A stretch of 64,000 nucleotides of DNA, from contig JBBFKW010000013.1 in NCBI GenBank assembly GCA_037481835.1, positions 1 through 64,000 of the forward strand. Reading direction: 5' to 3'. Positions 48,264-57,041 of this stretch are shown in pieces. Origin of the DNA: Desulfosoma sp. (GTDB lineage: Bacteria; Desulfobacterota; Syntrophobacteria; Syntrophobacterales; DSM-9756). The notes beneath the pieces are model-generated. The model had not been told where the DNA came from. It did not search any database and was given only the letters and a program-made list of their open reading frames with translations. Numbering within the stretch: the stretch's first letter is position 1; each line of letters starts with the position of its first letter. Both the position numbers and the translations under genes were made by a program.

Positions 48264-48377
48264 CTCCCGTTTGTCTTACCCATTTTCATAACCAGCGCCA
48301 CGAAGGCCTCCATAAATGTGCGGGTGTCTTGGCATGACCCAAGGCGAAGGGGTGTGGTGTGTATTGAGGAGGCGGCG

Positions 48378-50402
48378 ATGAGAAACAAGAGGGGTCTTGG
48401 TCTATGGAGGTTCTTCAGTATCATCGTGGGCGGGATGATCGGCATGGCGGCCATTGTCCATGCCGCGGAAAACGTGGAACCCGTGGTGGTCACGGCATCC
48501 AAGCTCCCGCGCACGCCCGGCAACGTCACGCAAAAGGTGGACACGGTGGATTCCGACTCCCTTTCGGTCATAGTTTCGGGGCATCGCAACGTGGCCGATT
48601 GGCTCATCTACCAACCCGGCGTGTTTGTGAACGTCCTTTCCCGAAATGATGCCAACTGGGGTTCCGTAGGCGGTCTGTCCCAAAAATATAACACCTATAT
48701 GTTGGAAGGGCTGCCCATCGACGTCTTTGTGGAACCGCAAAGCCTCGATGTGCTTGCCTTCGATCGCATTGAAGTCCAGCGAGGACCGGCGGCGGTACTC
48801 TATCCCAACTATCTGGGGATGGATTTTGCGGGGAATCAGAGTCCCTTGACGGGAACGACAAACATCCTTTTGAAGGAGCGTTTCGACAAAGCCCAAACCG
48901 TCCTGGACGCCTCTTACGGATCCTATGCCACATTCGGCGCCCGCGTGTTTCACCAGCAGCCCATGGGCGACGTTCATTTCTTTCTGGGGGCTGGTGTGGA
49001 GGATTCGGATTACACCAATTACGGCACCAAAGATTCCTGGCTGAACATGATAGACGACCCCGAATATCAGAAAACCAAATTTTATGGCAGGGCCACCTGG
49101 TTCATCGACGGCGACGAGCGGCACAAGGTCTCGGTTTTCGCCCATCGAACCGATCATAGCGGCGATGCCGGGCGGCCCAAGAGGGGGTTCAACCACGCGT
49201 ACTGGACGCTTCATTCGGCATACCAGCTGCCGCTGCACGAGACCCTCACAGCCTCGTTCAAGTTGGGCTATCGCAATTACGACCGCAGCTGGCAGGAAGA
49301 CAATTATCCGCAAGATCTCTCCCTGAGGGAGGAAAACGGCGTGCGCCAAGAGATCATTCCCGGCGATGTTTCCCTGGCTTTCGAGCACTGGGGGGGAAGC
49401 GTCCTCACCGTCGGCGGGGATTTTCAGACGGCCTCTTACAAGACTTACACGAATCCGGGACTGCGTTCGGTGACCAACGATGCCGATGCGGCGCAATACG
49501 GCATCTATGCCCAGGAAGAGCTGGTCTGGGGCCGGACGGTTTTTCGGTTGGGCGGTCGTTATGCCTACACGAAACATGACGTGGATCTCTTGGGTGGCGC
49601 ACCTCCTGAGGACGATTCCACCTCGTGGGATAAATGGTTGTGGAGTGCCGGGGTGCGCCATCATTTTCTGGACAATCTTGCCGCCTATGCCAATGTGGGC
49701 TCGAGTTTCGTGGCCCCATCCATCCATTCCGTGGGCGGGACCTTGAAATCTTCGGACCGCGGGGTTCCCGGAAAAGATGGACGCCTCCCCAACCCCGACC
49801 TGGAGCCGGAATCGGGTGTGGGCGGCGACCTGGGGGTTGATTGGAAGGTATGGAAAAATCTCAGCTTCGGGGTAAGAGGTTTCTACAACAAGGTGAACGA
49901 TCAGATCGTCCAAGTGGTGGTCAGCCAAAAACCGTCGCAAGCTCAAGACATCAACGCCGGGGACACCACATCCATGGGCGTGGAACTTGAAACCTCTTTC
50001 AAACCCGTGGATTGGATGCGGTGGTTTGCCAACTACACCTATACGGACACGGAAATCGACAATGATAAGGACCCGGACATGGACGGTGCGGAGGTGCCTT
50101 TCGTGCCGAAACACATGGGTAACATCGGGGTGGACCTGAATTTGCCCTACGATTTCAGAGTGAGCGTGTATCTGCATATGGCGGGAAGGATTTATGACAG
50201 CACGTCCAAGCAAAACCGCAATCGCTTTTCAGGCTATGAGGTCCTTAACGCCTATGTGGAAAAACTTATCCTGAAGAAAGAAACAACGGCCCTGTCCGTC
50301 TACGGCCAGTTTTACAACCTGACGGACAACGAGTATGAAATGCCGTGGCAATTCCAGGATCCCGGTTTTGCTTTTACCGGGGGCGTGAAACTCGTTTTCT
50401 AA
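48378..50402 (+). CDS. TonB-dependent outer membrane receptor
   Basis: Signal peptide, TonB box EPVVVTA, plug motif RIEVQRGPAAVLY, NPDLEPE, YNLTDNEY, C-terminal Phe. RBS GAGGAGG. Confidence 0.93.
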   Translation: MRNKRGLGLWRFFSIIVGGMIGMAAIVHAAENVEPVVVTASKLPRTPGNVTQKVDTVDSDSLSVIVSGHRNVADWLIYQPGVFVNVLSRNDANWGSVGGLSQKYNTYMLEGLPIDVFVEPQSLDVLAFDRIEVQRGPAAVLYPNYLGMDFAGNQSPLTGTTNILLKERFDKAQTVLDASYGSYATFGARVFHQQPMGDVHFFLGAGVEDSDYTNYGTKDSWLNMIDDPEYQKTKFYGRATWFIDGDERHKVSVFAHRTDHSGDAGRPKRGFNHAYWTLHSAYQLPLHETLTASFKLGYRNYDRSWQEDNYPQDLSLREENGVRQEIIPGDVSLAFEHWGGSVLTVGGDFQTASYKTYTNPGLRSVTNDADAAQYGIYAQEELVWGRTVFRLGGRYAYTKHDVDLLGGAPPEDDSTSWDKWLWSAGVRHHFLDNLAAYANVGSSFVAPSIHSVGGTLKSSDRGVPGKDGRLPNPDLEPESGVGGDLGVDWKVWKNLSFGVRGFYNKVNDQIVQVVVSQKPSQAQDINAGDTTSMGVELETSFKPVDWMRWFANYTYTDTEIDNDKDPDMDGAEVPFVPKHMGNIGVDLNLPYDFRVSVYLHMAGRIYDSTSKQNRNRFSGYEVLNAYVEKLILKKETTALSVYGQFYNLTDNEYEMPWQFQDPGFAFTGGVKLVF

Positions 50403-50411
50403 AAAATCCTT

Positions 50412-50440
50412 GGGACTGCGGGGATTTGCCCCCGCGTCCC
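50412..50440 (+). terminator. Intra-operon hairpin (terminator or mRNA stabiliser)
   Basis: GGGAC(T)GCGGGG ... CCCCGCGTCCC stem just after the receptor stop. Confidence 0.5.
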
Positions 50441-50494
50441 TTCCTCACCGCACAAACCATGTTCAGGAATCCCGTAAACTCTCGATCCCTCCAA

Positions 50495-51529
50495 ATGCGT
50501 CGGCCTTTGATTGCATGGGGCCTTGCGGGGCTCCTGAGCCTGTGGGGGGCAGCGCTGAGCGCACCGGTGGAGGCCCGATCCGTGCAAGCGGTGGACTTCA
50601 GGGGCAAAACCGTCTCTTTAACGGAACCCGCCCGGCGGATCGTGTGCCTCATCGAAAGCGCCCTTTCGGGCCTTTATATGTTGGGGGTGTCTGAGCGCGT
50701 CGTCGGGGTGTCCTCAAACGTTTACGAGGGGGCTGTGAGGCCGTATTATGAAGCCCTCGACCCCCGGATACGGTCCAAGAGTCTTCCCGCGCCGGGAAAC
50801 TGGGATTTTATCAACACGGAATCCGTGGTGGCCCTAAAGCCCGATCTTGTCATTTTGTGGGCGCATCAGACAGAAGCCATCCAATCGTTGGAAAGCCGGG
50901 GCCTTGTGGTTTTTGGGGTGTTTGTGGAGCGGTTTGCCGACGTCTTCCGGGAAATCGAGGCCTTTGGCGCCCTCACGGGAACGGAAGAAAGAGCCCGGGA
51001 ACTCATCACGGCAGTTGCGCACGAGCTGCAGTGGCTGGAGCAAAAGTTGGAGACCGCAACCGCCCGGGGAAGGCCCGACGTTTATTTCATGTGGGCCCAG
51101 GGAGACCTTGAAACCTCTGGAGGGAACTCCACGGTAAATGAACTCATTGAACTGGCAGGGGGCGTGAATGTTTTTAAACACATGCCCCAAGAACACGTGA
51201 CGGTGCATAGGGAAAGCGTACTCAAAGCCGAGCCTGACGTCATCGTCATGTGGGTAAATCCTGCGCGGGATCCTGTGCACATTGTGAGTGACGTGCGGTG
51301 GCGGTCGGTCAAGGCCGTGAAGGATAAGCGCGTCCATGAACTTCCCGATGTTTTTACCAGCGATTTGTGGACGTTGAAATATCCTTTGGCGGTCCTCACC
51401 GTGGCCCGCTGGCTCCATCCCCGGGCCTTTGACGGCGAGGACCTGAAAGCCAGACGCCGCACTTTCCTGGAACGGCTATACGGATCGGCCGCAGTGGGCC
51501 AGGTGGCGGATCATGTCCCCTTGGATTAG
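50495..51529 (+). CDS. BtuF/FecB-type ABC substrate-binding protein
   Basis: Signal peptide, DFRGKTVSL..PARRIVCL, NTESVVALKPDLVI, LAGGVNVF, PDVIV, AVKDKRV. Confidence 0.88.
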   Translation: MRRPLIAWGLAGLLSLWGAALSAPVEARSVQAVDFRGKTVSLTEPARRIVCLIESALSGLYMLGVSERVVGVSSNVYEGAVRPYYEALDPRIRSKSLPAPGNWDFINTESVVALKPDLVILWAHQTEAIQSLESRGLVVFGVFVERFADVFREIEAFGALTGTEERARELITAVAHELQWLEQKLETATARGRPDVYFMWAQGDLETSGGNSTVNELIELAGGVNVFKHMPQEHVTVHRESVLKAEPDVIVMWVNPARDPVHIVSDVRWRSVKAVKDKRVHELPDVFTSDLWTLKYPLAVLTVARWLHPRAFDGEDLKARRRTFLERLYGSAAVGQVADHVPLD

Positions 51530-52517
51530 GCGCGCCGTGGTTTTCGCCTTTCCCTGGCCCGTTATCGTGTTGTCCGTTTTTGTGGGGCCGCAGGAATCCA
51601 TATCCCCGAGAGATGCGCTGGGTTGGATGGCATCGGCCGTGGTGCAAGGCCCGCCCGCCGACAACGTGGATTTTGTCCGGGCCATCGTGTGGGACATCCG
51701 CATTCCCCGTATTCTTCTCGCCTTTTGCGTCGGCGGAGCCCTGGCTGCTTCAGGGGCCGCCTTGCAGGCCGTCTTCAGAAACCCTTTGGTGTCCCCGTAC
51801 ATTTTGGGGATTTCCTCAGGGGCAGCCTTCGGCGCGGCCGCAGCCCTCGCCGTGGGATTTCTGCCCGTCTACGGATCCGCTTTCCTTTTCGGGATGGCGG
51901 CCGTGGGATGCAGCTACACCTTGGGGCGTGTGAACAAGGCGGCGACGCCCGTGAGCCTGGTGCTTTCGGGCATGATTGTCTCAGGCATCTTTACGGCCCT
52001 GCTTACCATCGTCCAATTCCTTGCCGACCCTTTCCGGCTGCAGACCATCGTCCACTGGACCATGGGCAACCTGCATAATGCCGAATGGCGAAGAGTTTTG
52101 GAGAGCGCTCCGATCATGGCGATCGGGGGCGCGGGCATGTTTTTCCTGCGCTGGCGCATGAACATTTTGGCTCTGGGAGATCAAGAAGCCTACGCGGTGG
52201 GCGTGAATCCCGAACGGGAGAAGATCAAGATGCTTATCCCGGCAACCCTCGCCGCTTCGGCGGCGGTGGCGGCGGCTGGCATCATCGGCATGGTGGGGCT
52301 CGTGGTCCCTCACATGGTGCGCATGATGCTCGGTCCGGATAACCGCGTCGGGATCCCGGCCTGCTTTCTTTTCGGCGGGGCGTTTCTCGTCCTGGTGGAT
52401 GATTTTTCCCGAGCTTTGACCGCCTTCGAACTGCCCATCGGCATTTTTACCACTCTTATCGGCGGGCCCTTCTTCATTTTTCTGCTCCGCCGATCCCGAC
52501 TGGGGTGGGCCTCATGA
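51513..52517 (+). CDS. FecCD/BtuC-family ABC permease
   Basis: IRIPRIL, LQAVFRNPLVSPYILGISSGA, GIIGMVGLVVPH, ELPIGIFTTLIGGPFF. Confidence 0.93.
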   Translation: MSPWIRRAVVFAFPWPVIVLSVFVGPQESISPRDALGWMASAVVQGPPADNVDFVRAIVWDIRIPRILLAFCVGGALAASGAALQAVFRNPLVSPYILGISSGAAFGAAAALAVGFLPVYGSAFLFGMAAVGCSYTLGRVNKAATPVSLVLSGMIVSGIFTALLTIVQFLADPFRLQTIVHWTMGNLHNAEWRRVLESAPIMAIGGAGMFFLRWRMNILALGDQEAYAVGVNPEREKIKMLIPATLAASAAVAAAGIIGMVGLVVPHMVRMMLGPDNRVGIPACFLFGGAFLVLVDDFSRALTAFELPIGIFTTLIGGPFFIFLLRRSRLGWAS

Positions 52518-53335
52518 AGACCGCGCATGACAGCGGTTCTTCGCCGGCAAATGAGGCGGCCTTATGCGTGCGCAAGCTCCGCTTCGCCTATGGCGACGCA
52601 GAGGTCCTTCGCCGCGTCTCCTTCGACATCAAGCCGCGAAGTTTTACGGTGCTTTTGGGCCGAAACGGCAGCGGCAAATCGACCCTTTTTCGACTCCTCG
52701 TGGGGCTTTTAAAACCTCGGGAGGGTTCCATTGCGGTTTTCGGCCGAGAACTCCACCAGCTTCCCCTTAGAGAGAGATCGCGTCTGTTGGGATTCCTGCC
52801 CCAGCATCACCATCCGGTCTTTCCTTTCAGCGTAGAGGATGTTGTGCTTACAGGGCGGGCCGCCCACGTGGGGCTTGTGCCCAAGGCGCACGATCGCGCG
52901 GTGGTGCGCGAGGCCCTGGAACAACTGGGAATCGAGCATCTCATTGCCAAACCCTATACGGAATTGTCCGGAGGCGAGCAGCAACTGGTTCTCATCGCGC
53001 GAGTGCTCGCGCAGAAGCCCAAGGTGTTGCTCTTGGACGAGCCCACGTCCCATCTGGATTTTGTCAACGCCCACCGCCTTATGGCCCTCGTGCGAGATAG
53101 CCTCTGTGCTGTGATGACCGTCTTGGCCATTGTGCACGATCCCAACCTTGCCTTCCAACACGGCACGGATTTTCTCTTCCTGGCCGACGGGCACGTGTTC
53201 CAAGCCGATTCCGGCAGGCCCCCATGGAGCTCGGCGCTGCTGGAGCGGGTCTACGGCGTGCCGATGGAAACCGTCCCTTTTGGACAGAGAGCCGTGGTCG
53301 TCCCTGGGGATGTTTCCAAGCCAAGGCAGCCCTGA
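52514..53335 (+). CDS. FecE/BtuD-type ABC ATP-binding protein
   Basis: GRNGSGKST, LSGGEQQL, LLLDEPTSHLD, HDPNLA. ATGA overlap with the permease. Confidence 0.92.
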   Translation: MKTAHDSGSSPANEAALCVRKLRFAYGDAEVLRRVSFDIKPRSFTVLLGRNGSGKSTLFRLLVGLLKPREGSIAVFGRELHQLPLRERSRLLGFLPQHHHPVFPFSVEDVVLTGRAAHVGLVPKAHDRAVVREALEQLGIEHLIAKPYTELSGGEQQLVLIARVLAQKPKVLLLDEPTSHLDFVNAHRLMALVRDSLCAVMTVLAIVHDPNLAFQHGTDFLFLADGHVFQADSGRPPWSSALLERVYGVPMETVPFGQRAVVVPGDVSKPRQP

Positions 53336-53476
53336 TTTTGACGGCAAAGATGCAGGTGCCGGACAGTGCCCGTGGCCGGAATCCTTGACACTTTTTAACG
53401 GTTTGAGGCATAAGCGTTTTCACCATGCGTGGTGGGAACGGCAAGCCTTCGTCCTCTTTCGTGGGGAGCAGCGGCC

Positions 53477-56400
53477 ATGGCGGCGATCCGGCGGTTTCGG
53501 CACCTGGTGGGGGCGGCAGGGGCGGTTCTGTGCGTGGGAGCGTTCCTTGTCTGTTTCGCCTCCTTGACGCCATGGCCGTGGAGGGCCGCGTCGAAGGCCG
53601 ACGGCAGAGCCACGGCCTGGGCGGCCGATACCGCACGGCAAGGGGCACCCGGTCCGCCGGCGTCCCAAGAGGCGATCCCCCGTCCCCTTCGCGTCGTCCT
53701 GGACGATAATTATCCTCCCTACATCTTTCGAGACACCGAAGGGCGGCTGCGAGGGATCCTCGTCGACCAGTGGGCCTTGTGGGAAAAGCACACCCGCCAC
53801 CCCGTGGAACTCACGGCTACGGATTGGGGGAAGGCCCAGGACCTTTTCCGCCAAGGCCATGCCGATGTCATCGACACGATCTTCCTCACACCGGAGCGGG
53901 CGGCCCTTTACAGTTTCAGCAAGCCCTATGCCGAAATTCCCGTAACCGTCTTTTATCACGAAACGATCTCCGGCATTCCCGAGCCGTCGGCCCTCAAGGG
54001 ATTCGCCGTCGCCGTGAAAGAGGGCGATGCCTGCATCGAGGTGCTCAAGTCCCACGGGATCACGACCTTCCTGCTCTATCCCAGCTACGAAGCCATCGTG
54101 CGTGATGCCGCTTCCGGCAAGGTCAAGATCTTTTGCATCGACGATCCCCCTGCTTTTTATTTTCTGACCAAATACGGAGTTCTCGAGCATTTCCGGAAAG
54201 GCTTCACCTTGTATTCGGGGCAATTCCACCGCGCGGTCCTCAAGGGGCGGGAAGGGCTCTTGCGGTTCGTCGAAGAGGGATTCGACGCCGTGCCCAAGGA
54301 AGCCCTTCGCGACATCGACCGCAAGTGGCTGGGATCGCCTCTGGGGCCCCCCGTCCCGTGGCGCACGGTGGGGTGGGTCGTCGGCGGCCTGGCCCTGGTG
54401 GCCTTTGTGAGCCTCTTGTGGAATGTGCTTTTAAACGCCCGCGTACGCCGAAAAACCTTAGAAATAGAAAGGCTTCTTGCGGAAACCCGGGAGCGGGAGG
54501 AAATCCTCAAAATCACCTTTTCCAGCATGGCCGAAGGCGTCATCACGACGGATGCGCAAGGCCGCGTCCGGGACATGAACCCGCTGGCGGAAAAACTCAC
54601 GGGCTGGTCCCAAAAAGACGCGCAAGGCCGTCCCGTCGAAGAGGTCTTCCGGATTGTCAACGAAAAGACGCGCCGTCCCCCGGACAACCCCGTAGAGTTG
54701 GTTCTTCGACGGGGAATCACCGTCGAGCTCGCCAACCACACAGTGCTCATCGCCCGCGACGGCACGGAACGGCCCATCGCCGACAGCGCCGCCCCCATCC
54801 GGGACGCTCAGGGACAAATGGCCGGGTGCGTCCTGGTCTTCCGGGATCAGACCGAAGAGCGGCGAATGCTCGCCGCACTTCACGAAACCTTGGAAAAATA
54901 CCAGCTCACGCTCCAAGCGGCCTCCATGAGTTCCTGGGACTGGCATGTGGCCGAACGGCGCGTGGTTCGGGACGGGCTGTGGGCCGTCCGGCGGGGGTTG
55001 CGCCCGCAAGAGGTGTGGGAGGAGCCGCAGATTTGGCGGGAAACCGTGCATCCCGAGGATCGTCAGCGGGTGCTCCGCCGGCTTCGGGATCATCTGGAAG
55101 GGCACACGCCATATTTCGAGGCGACCTACCGCGTCCGATGCCTGGATGGATCGTGGGCATGGATGTGGGATCGGGGCAAGGTCATCGCCCGGGACGATTC
55201 GGGAAAAGCTGTGCGGGTGATCGGGATCGAAGTGGACATCACCGCGCAGAAGACCATGGAAACGCGGCTTCGGCTGCTCACGCGGGTCGTCGAGCAGAGC
55301 CCCTTGAGTGTGGTGATCACGGACCCGTCGGGAAAGATCGAATATGTGAACCCCCGGTTCTGCGAACTCACCGGCTACGAAATGCGGGAGGTGATCGGGG
55401 AAAATCCCCGTATCCTCCAGTCGGGCACAACCCCTCGAGAAACCTACGACGCCCTGTGGAAGACCATCACGAGCGGCCAGGTGTGGAAAGGGGTTTTTTG
55501 CAATCGGAAAAAGGACGGAACGCTGTACTGGGAGGAGGCGGTCATTTGCCCCATCGTGGATGATTCGGGCCGGATCAGCCACTACGTGGGCCTGAAGGAG
55601 GACATCACCGCCAAGAAACGGCTGGAGGATCAACTCATCCAAGCCCAAAAGCTGGAGTCCGTGGGCCGTCTGGCGGGAGGGGTGGCCCACGATTTCAACA
55701 ACGCGTTGCAAATCATCATGGGTTACGCCGAAGTGGCCCTGGGCTTTGTCGATTCCCATGACCGAATCCATCGCATGCTCACCGAAATCCATAAGGCGGC
55801 TCAGCGATCGGCGGGCGTGGTCCGGCAACTGCTCACCTTCGCCCGCAAGGAAGTCATTCGCCCCGTGGCGCTCAACCTGAACGAACATCTCGTGGAAACC
55901 CACCGCATGTTCCAGCGCCTCATCGGCGAGGAGATCCAGTTGGAACTCCGTGCGGGCGAAAATCTCTGGCCGGTTCTTTTGGACCCTTCCCAGGCGGACC
56001 AAATGGTGGCCAATCTGGTCATCAACGCCCGGGACGCCATCGAAAGGGCGGGGAAAATCGTCATCGAAACGGAAAACGTGATCCTGGACGGACGCCGAAG
56101 AGCCGGCCCGGTCTTCATTCCCGAAGGGGAATATGTCCGCCTTTCCGTAGAGGATACGGGCTGCGGCATGGACCCGCAAACCTTGGAACGGATTTTCGAG
56201 CCCTTCTTCACCACCAAGGAAGTGGGCAAAGGAACGGGACTCGGCCTGTCCACGGTCTACGGGATCGTGAAGCAAAACAGCGGATGGATCGACGTGACGA
56301 GTCATCCCGGTCGAGGGACCCGGTTCGACCTCTTTTTCCCCCGGCTATCCCCGCAATCCGTCGAGGGCGCTCGAGACTCGGGGACGGCCGACCGAGAGGA

Positions 56401-56815
56401 CGTGCAAGGGGCCGGGGAAACCCTCCTCCTGGTGGAAGATGAGCCCACCATCCTGGATCTGGCCCAATCCATACTGGAAAGCAGCGGATTTCGGGTGGTG
56501 AGCTTCCAGAACCCCGAAGAGGCCGTGCGGTGGGCCGAAGGGCACCCCGGGCCGCTCCATCTGGTGATCACCGATGTGGTCATGCCGACCATGAGCGGCC
56601 GGGAAGTGTGGGATCGAGTCAAGAAAGCCCATCCCCACGTGCCGTGCCTTTTCATGTCCGGCTATACGGCCGATATCCTGATTCACCGCGGCGTGGGAGC
56701 CGAAGAAACCCACTTTATCCACAAGCCCTTCACGGCGGACGCCCTTTTGTGGAAGATCCGCGAGGTGCTCTTCGCCGACCGATCCCCCACCGATCGGCCG
56801 TTGCGGAAGTCCTGA
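53477..56815 (+). CDS. Hybrid sensor histidine kinase (SBP_bac_3 periplasmic domain, 3 PAS, HisKA, HATPase, REC)
   Basis: DNYPPYIF SBP domain, TM, three PAS/PAC blocks, H-box GGVAHDFNN, NLVINARDA, DTGCGM, FFTTKEVGKGTGLGL, REC LVEDE...TDVVMP...KPF. Confidence 0.93.
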   Translation: MAAIRRFRHLVGAAGAVLCVGAFLVCFASLTPWPWRAASKADGRATAWAADTARQGAPGPPASQEAIPRPLRVVLDDNYPPYIFRDTEGRLRGILVDQWALWEKHTRHPVELTATDWGKAQDLFRQGHADVIDTIFLTPERAALYSFSKPYAEIPVTVFYHETISGIPEPSALKGFAVAVKEGDACIEVLKSHGITTFLLYPSYEAIVRDAASGKVKIFCIDDPPAFYFLTKYGVLEHFRKGFTLYSGQFHRAVLKGREGLLRFVEEGFDAVPKEALRDIDRKWLGSPLGPPVPWRTVGWVVGGLALVAFVSLLWNVLLNARVRRKTLEIERLLAETREREEILKITFSSMAEGVITTDAQGRVRDMNPLAEKLTGWSQKDAQGRPVEEVFRIVNEKTRRPPDNPVELVLRRGITVELANHTVLIARDGTERPIADSAAPIRDAQGQMAGCVLVFRDQTEERRMLAALHETLEKYQLTLQAASMSSWDWHVAERRVVRDGLWAVRRGLRPQEVWEEPQIWRETVHPEDRQRVLRRLRDHLEGHTPYFEATYRVRCLDGSWAWMWDRGKVIARDDSGKAVRVIGIEVDITAQKTMETRLRLLTRVVEQSPLSVVITDPSGKIEYVNPRFCELTGYEMREVIGENPRILQSGTTPRETYDALWKTITSGQVWKGVFCNRKKDGTLYWEEAVICPIVDDSGRISHYVGLKEDITAKKRLEDQLIQAQKLESVGRLAGGVAHDFNNALQIIMGYAEVALGFVDSHDRIHRMLTEIHKAAQRSAGVVRQLLTFARKEVIRPVALNLNEHLVETHRMFQRLIGEEIQLELRAGENLWPVLLDPSQADQMVANLVINARDAIERAGKIVIETENVILDGRRRAGPVFIPEGEYVRLSVEDTGCGMDPQTLERIFEPFFTTKEVGKGTGLGLSTVYGIVKQNSGWIDVTSHPGRGTRFDLFFPRLSPQSVEGARDSGTADREDVQGAGETLLLVEDEPTILDLAQSILESSGFRVVSFQNPEEAVRWAEGHPGPLHLVITDVVMPTMSGREVWDRVKKAHPHVPCLFMSGYTADILIHRGVGAEETHFIHKPFTADALLWKIREVLFADRSPTDRPLRKS

Positions 56816-56870
56816 GAAAGGGCCGCCGGGCGGCCCTGAAACGCCATCCGGCCGTTTGGACCACATCGGC

Positions 56871-56900
56871 TTGACTCCATGAGAAAGGGTGCTTTATAAC
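56871..56900 (+). promoter_or_regulatory. Putative sigma70 promoter of the hdrL-flx operon
   Basis: TTGACT-18 bp-TATAAC in the intergenic gap upstream of hdrL. Confidence 0.5.
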
Positions 56901-57041
56901 CCCGAGGGTATGCGGCCGTGCAGGACACTTGCCCGTCGCGTTGTCGCTTTTTCGAAGCGGCGCCGCTCCGGCACATCCGGCGCCACGGCCGATCCCGAGC
57001 GGTGTTTCTTTTGGAATCTAATGTGGATAGGGAGAAAGACC

